NCBI RefSeq assembly: GCF_009914755.1
Contig: NC_060939.1
Reading direction: 5' to 3' (one strand)
DNA length: 64,000 nucleotides
Source: the human T2T-CHM13v2.0 reference genome, Homo sapiens
The translations under genes were made by a program, and so were the position numbers. The notes beneath the pieces were generated by a model, which was not told the DNA's origin, searched no databases, and worked only from the letters and a program-made list of their open reading frames with translations. This document shows positions 1 to 11,900 of this stretch, piece after piece (the stretch's first letter is position 1; each line of letters starts with the position of its first letter).

Positions 1-328
1 AAATCCTCAAAGCTATCCAAATATCCACTTGCAAATGCCACAAAAAGAGTGTTTCCAAACTGCTCTGTGAAAAGGAAGGTTCAACTCTGTTAGTTGAGTA
101 CACACATCACAAAGAGGTTTCTGAGAATGCTGCTGACTAGTTTTTATTTGAAGATATTTCCCTTTTCACCTTAGGCCTAAGAGTGCTCGAAATGTCCATT
201 TCCACATACTCCACAAAGTGTGTTTCAAACGTGCTGTATGAAAGGGAATGTTCAACTCTATGAGTTGAATGCAAACATCACAAAGAAGATTCTGAGAATG
301 CTTTTGTCTAGATTTTATATGAAGATAT

Positions 329-1880
329 TCCCGTGTCCAACGAAATTTTCAAAGGTCTCCAAATATCCATTTGTAGATTCTACAAAAAGAGTGTTTCCAA
401 ACTGCTGTATCAAAACAAAGGTTGAACTCTGTGAGTTGAGGACACACATCACAAATAAGTTTCTGAGAATGCTTCTGTCTAGTTTTTATTTGAAGATGTT
501 TCCTTTTTCACCATAGGCCTGAAAGCGCTCGAAATGTCCACTTCCAGATAGTACAGAAAGAGTGTTTCAAACCTGGTCTATGAACGGGAATGTTCAGCTC
601 TGTGAGTTGAATGCAAACATCACAAAGCAGGTTCTGAGAATGCTTCCGTCTAGATTTTAAATGAGGATATTCCCGTTTCCAACGAAATCCTCGAAGCTAT
701 CCAAATATCCACTTGCAGATTCCACAAAAAGAGTGTTTCAAAACTGCTCTGTCAAAAGATAGGTTCAACTCTGTTAGTTGAGTACACACATGGCAAACAA
801 GATTCCGAGAATGCTTTCGTCTAGTTTTTTTGGGAAGATATTTCCTTTTTCACCGTAGGCCTCAAAGCGCTCCAAATGTCCACTTCCACATACTACAAAA
901 AGAGTGTTTCAAACCTGCTGTATGAAAGGGAATGTTCAACTCTATGAGTTGAATGCAAACATTACAAAGAAGTTTCTGAGAATGCTTCTGTCTAGATTTT
1001 ATATGAAGGTTTTCCCGTTTCCAACGAAATTTTCAATGCTCTCAAAATATCCACTTGTAGATTCTACAAAAAGAGTGTTTCCAAACTGCTGTGTGAAAAG
1101 AAAGGTTCAACTCTGTTAGTTGAGGACACACATCACAAATAAGTTTCTGAGAATTCTTCTGTCTAGTTCTTATTTGAAGACATTTCCTTTCTCACCTTAG
1201 GCCTGAAAACGCTCGAAATATCCACTTCCAGATACGACAGAAACAGTGATTCAAACCTGCTCTATGAAAGGGAATGTTCAACTAGGTGACTTGAATGCAA
1301 ACATCACAAAGCAGTTTCTGAGAATGCTGCTGTCTACTTTCTATTTGTAATCCCGTTTCCAACGAAATCCTCAGAACTATCGAAATTTCCAATTGCAGAT
1401 TCCACAAAAAGCGTGTTTCAAAGCTGCTCTGTAAAAAGAAAGGTTCAACTCTGTTAGTTGAATACGCACGTCACAAACAAGTTTCTGAGAATGCTTCTGT
1501 CTAGTTTTTATGGGAAGATATTTCCTTTTTCACCGTAGGCCTCAAAGCGCTCCAAATGTCCACTTCCACATACTACAAAAAGAGTGTTTCAAACCTGCTC
1601 TATGATAGGGAATGTTGAAACCTATGAGTTGAATGCAAGCATTACAAAGAGGTTTCTGAGAATGCTTCTGTCTAGATTTTATATGTAGATATTCCCGTTT
1701 CCAACGAAATCCTCAAAGCTATCCAAATATCAACTTGCAGATTCTACAAAAGGAATGTTTCCAAAATGCTGTATCCAAACAAAGGTTCAACTCTGTGAAT
1801 TGAGGGCATACATCACAAAGAAGATTCTGAGAATGCTTCTGTCTAGATTTTATATGAAAATATTCCCGTTTCCAACGAAA
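329..1880 (-). promoter_or_regulatory. CENP-B boxes (example set: 329-345, 671-687, 1013-1029, 1351-1367, 1693-1709, 1864-1880); pattern repeats through the window
   Basis: TCCCGTTTCCAACGAAA on + is TTTCGTTGGAAACGGGA on -, matching the core nTTCGnnnnAnnCGGGn. Spacing is 342, 342, 338, 342, 171. There are 6 boxes per 11-mer and 8 per 15-mer, so about 200 positions are expected from unit composition. Confidence 0.95.
1522..1538 (+). promoter_or_regulatory. pJ-alpha box of A-type monomers (example)
   Basis: TTCCTTTTTCACCGTAG matches the pJ-alpha consensus TTCCTTTTYCACCRTAG and occupies the position equivalent to the CENP-B box in the alternate monomers. Confidence 0.75.
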
Positions 1881-2012
1881 TCCTCAAAGCTATCCAAATA
1901 TCCACTTGCAAATGCCACAAAAAGAGTGTTTCCAAACTGCTCTGTGAAAAGGAAGGTTCAACTCTGTTAGTTGAGTACACACATCACAAAGAGGTTTCTG
2001 AGAATGCTGCTG

Positions 2013-3889
2013 ACTAGTTTTTATTTGAAGATATTTCCCTTTTCACCTTAGGCCTAAGAGTGCTCGAAATGTCCATTTCCACATACTCCACAAAGTGTGT
2101 TTCAAACGTGCTGTATGAAAGGGAATGTTCAACTCTATCAGTTGAATGCAAACATCACAAAGAAGACTCTGAGAATGCTTTTGTCTAGATTTTATATGAA
2201 GATATTCCCGTGTCCAACGAAATTTTCAAAGGTCTCCAAATATCCATTTGTAGATTCTACAAAAAGAGTGTTTCCAAACTGCTGTATCAAAACAAAGGTT
2301 GAACTCTGTGAGTTGAGGACACACATCACAAATAAGTTTCTGAGAATGCTTCTGTCTAGTTTTTATTTGAAGATGTTTCCTTTTTCACCATAGGCCTGAA
2401 AGCGCTCGAAATGTCCACTTCCAGATAGTACAGAAAGAGTGTTTCAAACCTGCTCTATGAACGGGAATGTTCAGCTCTGTGAGTTGAATGCAAACATCAC
2501 AAAGCAGGTTCTGAGAATGCTTCCGTCTAGATTTTAAATGAGGATATTCCCGTTTCCAACGAAATCCTCGAAGCTATCCAAATATCCACTTGCAGATTCC
2601 ACAAAAAGAGTGTTTCAAAACTGCTCTGTCAAAAGATAGGTTCAACTCTGTTAGTTGAGTACACACATGGCAAACAAGATTCCGAGAATGCTTTCGTCTA
2701 GTTTTTTTGGGAAGATATTTCCTTCTTCACCATAGGCCTCAAAGCGCTCCAAATATCCATTTCCACATGCTATACAAAGAGTGTCTCAAACCTGCTGTAT
2801 GAATGGGAATGTTCAACTCTATGAGTTGAATGCAAACATCACAAAGAAGTTTCTGAGAATGCTGCTGTCTAGATTTTATATGAAGGTTTTCCCGCTTCCA
2901 ACGAAATTTTCAATGCTCTCAAAATATCCTCTTGTAGATTCTACAAAAAGAGTGTTTCCAAACTGCTGTATCAAAACAAAGGTTCATCTCTGTTAGTTGA
3001 GGACACACATCACAAATAAGTTTCTGAGAATGCTTCTGTCTAGTTCTTATTTGAAGACATTTCCTTTCTCACCTTAGGCCTGAAAGCGCTCGAAATACCC
3101 ACTTCCAGATACTACAGAAACAGTGATTCAAACCTGCTCTATGAAAGGGAATGTTCAACTATGTGACTTGAATGCAAACATCACAAAGCAGTTTCTGAGA
3201 ATGCTGCTGTCTACTTTCTATTTGTAATCCCGTTTCCAACGAAATCCTCAGAACTATCGAAATTTCCAATTGCAGATTCCACAGAAACAGGGTTTCAAAG
3301 CTGCTCTGTAAAAAGAAAGGTTCAACTCTGTTAGTTGAATACACACGTCACAAACAAGTTTCTGAGAATGCTTCTGTCTAGTTTTTATGGGAAGATATTT
3401 CCTTTTTCACGGTAGGCCTCAAAGCGCTCCAAATGTCCACTTCCACATACTACAAAAAGAGTGTTTCAAACCTGCTCTATGATAGGGAATGTTGAAACCT
3501 ATGAGTTGAATGCAAGCATTACAAAGAGGTTTCTGAGAATGCTTCTGTCTAGATTTTATATGTAGATATTCCCGTTTCCAACGAAATCCTCAAAGCTATC
3601 CAAATATCAACTTGCAGATTCTACAAAAGGAATGTTTCCAAAATGCTGTATCCAAACAAAGGTTCAACTCTGTGAATTGAGGGCATACATCACAAAGAAG
3701 ATTCTGAGAATGCTTCTGTCTAGATTTTATATGAAAATATTCCCGTTTCCAACGAAATCCTCAAAGCTATCCAAATATCCACTTGCAAATGCCACAAAAA
3801 GAGTGTTTCCAAACTGCTCTGTGAAAAGGAAGGTTCAACTCTGTTAGTTGAGTACACACATCACAAAGAGGTTTCTGAGAATGCTGCTG
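2013..3889. repeat. 11-mer HOR, 1877 bp, type A (h-i-j-k')
   Basis: Unit length 1877, unprimed tetramer alleles and the diagnostic CACGGTAGG at 3411. Confidence 0.93.
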
Positions 3890-5937
3890 ACTAGTTTTTA
3901 TTTGAAGATATTTCCCTTTTCACCTTAGGCCTAAGAGTGCTCGAAATGTCCATTTCCACATACTCCACAAAGTGTGTTTCAAACGTGCTGTATGAAAGGG
4001 AATGTTCAACTCTATGAGTTGAATGCAAACATCACAAAGAAGATTCTGAGAATGCTTTTGTCTAGATTTTATATGAAGATATTCCCGTGTCCAACGAAAT
4101 TTTCAAAGGTCTCCAAATATCCATTTGTAGATTCTACAAAAAGAGTGTTTCCAAACTGCTGTATCAAAACAAAGGTTGAACTCTGTGAGTTGAGGACACA
4201 CATCACAAATAAGTTTCTGAGAATGCTTCTGTCTAGTTTTTATTTGAAGATGTTTCCTTTTTCACCATAGGCCTGAAAGCGCTCGAAATGTCCACTTCCA
4301 GATAGTACAGAAAGAGTGTTTCAAACCTGCTCTATGAACGGGAATGTTCAGCTCTGTGAGTTGAATGCAAACATCACAAAGCAGGTTCTGAGAATGCTTC
4401 CGTCTAGATTTTAAATGAGGATATTCCCGTTTCCAACGAAATCCTCGAAGCTATCCAAATATCCACTTGCAGATTCCACAAAAAGAGTGTTTCAAAACTG
4501 CTCTGTCAAAAGATAGGTTCAACTCTGTTAGTTGAGTACACACATGGCAAACAAGATTCCGAGAATGCTTTCGTCTAGTTTTTTTGGGAAGATATTTCCT
4601 TCTTCACCATAGGCCTCAAAGCGCTCCAAATATCCATTTCCACATGCTATACAAAGAGTGTCTCAAACCTGCTGTATGAATGGGAATGTTCAACTCTATG
4701 AGTTGAATGCAAACATCACAAAGAAGTTTCTGAGAATGCTTCTGTCTAGTTTTTATGGGAAGATATTTCCTTTTTCACCGTAGGCCTCAAAGCACTCCAA
4801 ATGTCCACTTTCACATACTACAAAAAGAGTGTTTCAAACCTGTTGTATGAAAGGGAATGTTCAACTCTATGAGTTGAATGCAAACATTACAAAGAAGTTT
4901 CTGAGAATGCTTCTGTCTAGATTTTATATGAAGGTTTTCCCGTTTCCAACGAAATTTTCAATGCTCTCAAAATATCCACTTGTAGATTCTACAAAAAGAG
5001 TGTTTCCAAACTGCTGTGTCAAAAGAAAGGTTCAACTCTGTTAGTTGAGGACACACATCACAAATAAGTTTCTGAGAATGCTTCTGTCTAGTTCTTATTT
5101 GAAGACATTTCCTTTCTCACCTTAGGCCTGAAAACGCTCGAAATATCCACTTCCAGATACGACAGAAACAGTGATTCAAACCTGCTCTATGAAAGGGAAT
5201 GTTCAACTAGGTGACTTGAATGCAAACATCACAAAGCAGTTTCTGAGAATGCTGCTGTCTACTTTCTATTTGTAATCCCGTTTCCAACGAAATCCTCAGA
5301 ACTATCGAAATTTCCAATTGCAGATTCCACAAAAAGCGTGTTTCAAAGCTGCTCTGTAAAAAGAAAGGTTCAACTCTGTTAGTTGAATACACACGTCACA
5401 AACAAGTTTCTGAGAATGCTTCTGTCTAGTTTTTATGGGAAGATATTTCCTTTTTCACCGTAGGCCTCAAAGCGCTCCAAATGTCCACTTCCACATACTA
5501 CAAAAAGAGTGTTTCAAACCTGCTCTATGATAGGGAATGTTGAAACCTATGAGTTGAATGCAAGCATTACAAAGAGGTTTCTGAGAATGCTTCTGTCTAG
5601 ATTTTATATGTAGATATTCCCGTTTCCAACGAAATCCTCAAAGCTATCCAAATATCAACTTGCAGATTCTACAAAAGGAATGTTTCCAAAATGCTGTATC
5701 CAAACAAAGGTTCAACTCTGTGAATTGAGGGCATACATCACAAAGAAGATTCTGAGAATGCTTCTGTCTAGATTTTATATGAAAATATTCCCGTTTCCAA
5801 CGAAATCCTCAAAGCTATCCAAATATCCACTTGCAAATGCCACAAAAAGAGTGTTTCCAAACTGCTCTGTGAAAAGGAAGGTTCAACTCTGTTAGTTGAG
5901 TACACACATCACAAAGAGGTTTCTGAGAATGCTGCTG
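3890..5937. repeat. 12-mer HOR, 2048 bp (15-mer lacking h-i-j)
   Basis: 2557-509=2048. Monomer g is followed directly by k at ~4745. Confidence 0.93.
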
Positions 5938-8900
5938 ACTAGTTTTTATTTGAAGATATTTCCCTTTTCACCTTAGGCCTAAGAGTGCTCGAAATGTCCA
6001 TTTCCACATACTCCACAAAGTGTGTTTCAAACGTGCTGTATGAAAGGGAATGTTCAACTCTATCAGTTGAATGCAAACATCACAAAGAAGACTCTGAGAA
6101 TGCTTTTGTCTAGATTTTATATGAAGATATTCCCGTGTCCAACGAAATTTTCAAAGGTCTCCAAATATCCATTTGTAGATTCTACAAAAAGAGTGTTTCC
6201 AAACTGCTGTATCAAAACAAAGGTTGAACTCTGTGAGTTGAGGACACACATCACAAATAAGTTTCTGAGAATGCTTCTGTCTAGTTTTTATTTGAAGATG
6301 TTTCCTTTTTCACCATAGGCCTGAAAGCGCTCGAAATGTCCACTTCCAGATAGTACAGAAAGAGTGTTTCAAACCTGCTCTATGAACGGGAATGTTCAGC
6401 TCTGTGAGTTGAATGCAAACATCACAAAGCAGGTTCTGAGAATGCTTCCGTCTAGATTTTAAATGAGGATATTCCCGTTTCCAACGAAATCCTCGAAGCT
6501 ATCCAAATATCCACTTGCAGATTCCACAAAAAGAGTGTTTCAAAACTGCTCTGTCAAAAGATAGGTTCAACTCTGTTAGTTGAGTACACACATGGCAAAC
6601 AAGATTCCGAGAATGCTTTCGTCTAGTTTTTTTGGGAAGATATTTCCTTCTTCACCATAGGCCTCAAAGCGCTCCAAATATCCATTTCCACATGCTATAC
6701 AAAGAGTGTCTCAAACCTGCTGTATGAATGGGAATGTTCAACTCTATGAGTTGAATGCAAACATCACAAAGAAGTTTCTGAGAATGCTGCTGTCTAGATT
6801 TTATATGAAGGTTTTCCCGCTTCCAACGAAATTTTCAATGCTCTCAAAATATCCTCTTGTAGATTCTACAAAAAGAGTGTTTCCAAACTGCTGTATCAAA
6901 ACAAAGGTTCATCTCTGTTAGTTGAGGACACACATCACAACTAAGTTTCTGAGAATGCTTCTGTCTAGTTCTTATTTGAAGACATTTCCTTTCTCACCTT
7001 AGGCCTGAAAGCGCTCGAAATACCCACTTCCAGATACTACAGAAACAGTGATTCAAACCTGCTCTATGAAAGGGAATGTTCAACTATGTGACTTGAATGC
7101 AAACATCACAAAGCAGTTTCTGAGAATGCTGCTGTCTACTTTCTATTTGTAATCCCGTTTCCAACGAAATCCTCAGAACTATCGAAATTTCCAATTGCAG
7201 ATTCCACAGAAACAGGGTTTCAAAGCTGCTCTGTAAAAAGAAAGGTTCAACTCTGTTAGTTGAATACACACGTCACAAACAAGTTTCTGAGAATGCTTCT
7301 GTCTAGTTTTTATGGGAAGATATTTCCTTTTTCACCGTAGGCCTCAAAGCGCTCCAAATGTCCACTTCCACATACTACAAAAAGAGTGTTTCAAACCTGC
7401 TGTATGAAAGGGAATGTTCAACTCTATGAGTTGAATGCAAACATTACAAAGAAGTTTCTGAGAATGCTTCTGTCTAGATTTTATATGAAGGTTTTCCCGT
7501 TTCTAACGAAATTTTCAATGCTCTCAAAATATCCACTTGTAGATTCTACAAAAAGAGTGTTTCCAAACTGCTGTGTCAAAAGAAAGGTTCAACTCTGTTA
7601 GTTGAGGACACACATCACAAATAAGTTTCTGAGAATGCTTCTGTCTAGTTCTTATTTGAAGACATTTCCTTTCTCACCTTAGGCCTGAAAACGCTCGAAA
7701 TATCCACTTCCAGATACGACAGAAACAGTGATTCAAACCTGCTCTATGAAAGGGAATGTTCAACTAGGTGACTTGAATGCAAACATCACAAAGCAGTTTC
7801 TGAGAATGCTGCTGTCTACTTTCTATTTGTAATCCCGTTTCCAACGAAATCCTCAGAACTATCGAAATTTCCAATTGCAGATTCCACAAAAAGCGTGTTT
7901 CAAAGCTGCTCTGTAAAAAGAAAGGTTCAACTCTGTTAGTTGAATACACACGTCACAAACAAGTTTCTGAGAATGCTTCTGTCTAGTTTTTATGGGAAGA
8001 TATTTCCTTTTTCACCGTAGGCCTCAAAGCGCTCCAAATGTCCACTTCCACATACTACAAAAAGAGTGTTTCAAACCTGCTCTATGATAGGGAATGTTGA
8101 AACCTATGAGTTGAATGCAAGCATTACAAAGAGGTTTCTGAGAATGCTTCTGTCTAGATTTTATATGTAGATATTCCCGTTTCCAACGAAATCCTCAAAG
8201 CTATCCAAATATCAACTTGCAGATTCTACAAAAGGAATGTTTCCAAAATGCTGTATCCAAACAAAGGTTCAACTCTGTGAATTGAGGGCATACATCACAA
8301 AGAAGATTCTGAGAATGCTTCTGTCTAGATTTTATATGAAAATATTCCCGTTTCCAACGAAATCCTCAAAGCTATCCAAATATCCACTTGCAAATGCCAC
8401 AAAAAGAGTGTTTCCAAACTGCTCTGTGAAAAGGAAGGTTCAACTCTGTTAGTTGAGTACACACATCACAAAGAGGTTTCTGAGAATGCTGCTGACTAGT
8501 TTTTATTTGAAGATATTTCCCTTTTCACCTTAGGCCTAAGAGTGCTCGAAATGTCCATTTCCACATACTCCACAAAGTGTGTTTCAAACGTGCTGTATGA
8601 AAGGGAATGTTCAACTCTATCAGTTGAATGCAAACATCACAAAGAAGACTCTGAGAATGCTTTTGTCTAGATTTTATATGAAGATATTCCCGTGTCCAAC
8701 GAAATTTTCAAAGGTCTCCAAATATCCATTTGTAGATTCTACAAAAAGAGTGTTTCCAAACTGCTGTATCAAAACAAAGGTTGAACTCTGTGAGTTGAGG
8801 ACACACATCACAAATAAGTTTCTGAGAATGCTTCTGTCTAGTTTTTATTTGAAGATGTTTCCTTTTTCACCATAGGCCTGAAAGCGCTCGAAATGTCCAC

Positions 8901-11900
8901 TTCCAGATAGTACAGAAAGAGTGTTTCAAACCTGCTCTATGAACGGGAATGTTCAGCTCTGTGAGTTGAATGCAAACATCACAAAGCAGGTTCTGAGAAT
9001 GCTTCCGTCTAGATTTTAAATGAGGATATTCCCGTTTCCAACGAAATCCTCGAAGCTATCCAAATATCCACTTGCAGATTCCACAAAAAGAGTGTTTCAA
9101 AACTGCTCTGTCAAAAGATAGGTTCAACTCTGTTAGTTGAGTACACACATGGCAAACAAGATTCCGAGAATGCTTTCGTCTAGTTTTTTTGGGAAGATAT
9201 TTCCTTCTTCACCATAGGCCTCAAAGCGCTCCAAATATCCATTTCCACATGCTATACAAAGAGTGTCTCAAACCTGCTGTATGAATGGGAATGTTCAACT
9301 CTATGAGTTGAATGCAAACATCACAAAGAAGTTTCTGAGAATGCTGCTGTCTAGATTTTATATGAAGGTTTTCCCGCTTCCAACGAAATTTTCAATGCTC
9401 TCAAAATATCCTCTTGTAGATTCTACAAAAAGAGTGTTTCCAAACTGCTGTATCAAAACAAAGGTTCATCTCTGTTAGTTGAGGACACACATCACAACTA
9501 AGTTTCTGAGAATGCTTCTGTCTAGTTCTTATTTGAAGACATTTCCTTTCTCACCTTAGGCCTGAAAGCGCTCGAAATACCCACTTCCAGATACTACAGA
9601 AACAGTGATTCAAACCTGCTCTATGAAAGGGAATGTTCAACTATGTGACTTGAATGCAAACATCACAAAGCAGTTTCTGAGAATGCTGCTGTCTACTTTC
9701 TATTTGTAATCCCGTTTCCAACGAAATCCTCAGAACTATCGAAATTTCCAATTGCAGATTCCACAGAAACAGGGTTTCAAAGCTGCTCTGTAAAAAGAAA
9801 GGTTCAACTCTGTTAGTTGAATACACACGTCACAAACAAGTTTCTGAGAATGCTTCTGTCTAGTTTTTATGGGAAGATATTTCCTTTTTCACCGTAGGCC
9901 TCAAAGCGCTCCAAATGTCCACTTCCACATACTACAAAAAGAGTGTTTCAAACCTGCTGTATGAAAGGGAATGTTCAACTCTATGAGTTGAATGCAAACA
10001 TTACAAAGAAGTTTCTGAGAATGCTTCTGTCTAGATTTTATATGAAGGTTTTCCCGTTTCTAACGAAATTTTCAATGCTCTCAAAATATCCACTTGTAGA
10101 TTCTACAAAAAGAGTGTTTCCAAACTGCTGTGTCAAAAGAAAGGTTCAACTCTGTTAGTTGAGGACACACATCACAAATAAGTTTCTGAGAATGCTTCTG
10201 TCTAGTTCTTATTTGAAGACATTTCCTTTCTCACCTTAGGCCTGAAAACGCTCGAAATATCCACTTCCAGATACGACAGAAACAGTGATTCAAACCTGCT
10301 CTATGAAAGGGAATGTTCAACTAGGTGACTTGAATGCAAACATCACAAAGCAGTTTCTGAGAATGCTGCTGTCTACTTTCTATTTGTAATCCCGTTTCCA
10401 ACGAAATCCTCAGAACTATCGAAATTTCCAATTGCAGATTCCACAAAAAGCGTGTTTCAAAGCTGCTCTGTAAAAAGAAAGGTTCAACTCTGTTAGTTGA
10501 ATACACACGTCACAAACAAGTTTCTGAGAATGCTTCTGTCTAGTTTTTATGGGAAGATATTTCCTTTTTCACCGTAGGCCTCAAAGCGCTCCAAATGTCC
10601 ACTTCCACATACTACAAAAAGAGTGTTTCAAACCTGCTCTATGATAGGGAATGTTGAAACCTATGAGTTGAATGCAAGCATTACAAAGAGGTTTCTGAGA
10701 ATGCTTCTGTCTAGATTTTATATGTAGATATTCCCGTTTCCAACGAAATCCTCAAAGCTATCCAAATATCAACTTGCAGATTCTACAAAAGGAATGTTTC
10801 CAAAATGCTGTATCCAAACAAAGGTTCAACTCTGTGAATTGAGGGCATACATCACAAAGAAGATTCTGAGAATGCTTCTGTCTAGATTTTATATGAAAAT
10901 ATTCCCGTTTCCAACGAAATCCTCAAAGCTATCCAAATATCCACTTGCAAATGCCACAAAAAGAGTGTTTCCAAACTGCTCTGTGAAAAGGAAGGTTCAA
11001 CTCTGTTAGTTGAGTACACACATCACAAAGAGGTTTCTGAGAATGCTGCTGACTAGTTTTTATTTGAAGATATTTCCCTTTTCACCTTAGGCCTAAGAGT
11101 GCTCGAAATGTCCATTTCCACATACTCCACAAAGTGTGTTTCAAACGTGCTGTATGAAAGGGAATGTTCAACTCTATCAGTTGAATGCAAACATCACAAA
11201 GAAGACTCTGAGAATGCTTTTGTCTAGATTTTATATGAAGATATTCCCGTGTCCAACGAAATTTTCAAAGGTCTCCAAATATCCATTTGTAGATTCTACA
11301 AAAAGAGTGTTTCCAAACTGCTGTATCAAAACAAAGGTTGAACTCTGTGAGTTGAGGACACACATCACAAATAAGTTTCTGAGAATGCTTCTGTCTAGTT
11401 TTTATTTGAAGATGTTTCCTTTTTCACCATAGGCCTGAAAGCGCTCGAAATGTCCACTTCCAGATAGTACAGAAAGAGTGTTTCAAACCTGCTCTATGAA
11501 CGGGAATGTTCAGCTCTGTGAGTTGAATGCAAACATCACAAAGCAGGTTCTGAGAATGCTTCCGTCTAGATTTTAAATGAGGATATTCCCGTTTCCAACG
11601 AAATCCTCGAAGCTATCCAAATATCCACTTGCAGATTCCACAAAAAGAGTGTTTCAAAACTGCTCTGTCAAAAGATAGGTTCAACTCTGTTAGTTGAGTA
11701 CACACATGGCAAACAAGATTCCGAGAATGCTTTCGTCTAGTTTTTTTGGGAAGATATTTCCTTCTTCACCATAGGCCTCAAAGCGCTCCAAATATCCATT
11801 TCCACATGCTATACAAAGAGTGTCTCAAACCTGCTGTATGAATGGGAATGTTCAACTCTATGAGTTGAATGCAAACATCACAAAGAAGTTTCTGAGAATG

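Larger units (their letters stand above)
136..2012. repeat. 11-mer HOR, 1877 bp, type B (g/k hybrid, retains h'-i'-j'-k')
   Basis: SpeI to SpeI distance 1877 = 10x171+167. The monomer at ~820 begins like g (TTTTTTTGGGAAG) and continues like k (CACCGTAGG...CATACTAC). The following monomers carry primed alleles (GAAAACGC, ATACGAC, AAAAAGCGTG). Confidence 0.9.

Noticed and set aside
329-345. Variant boxes in d (TCCCGTGTCC...), h (TCCCGCTTCC...) and at 7504, 10061 and ~26775 as CENP-B knockouts
   Set aside because: The changes fall outside the 9-nt core nTTCGnnnnAnnCGGGn, so binding is expected to be retained.
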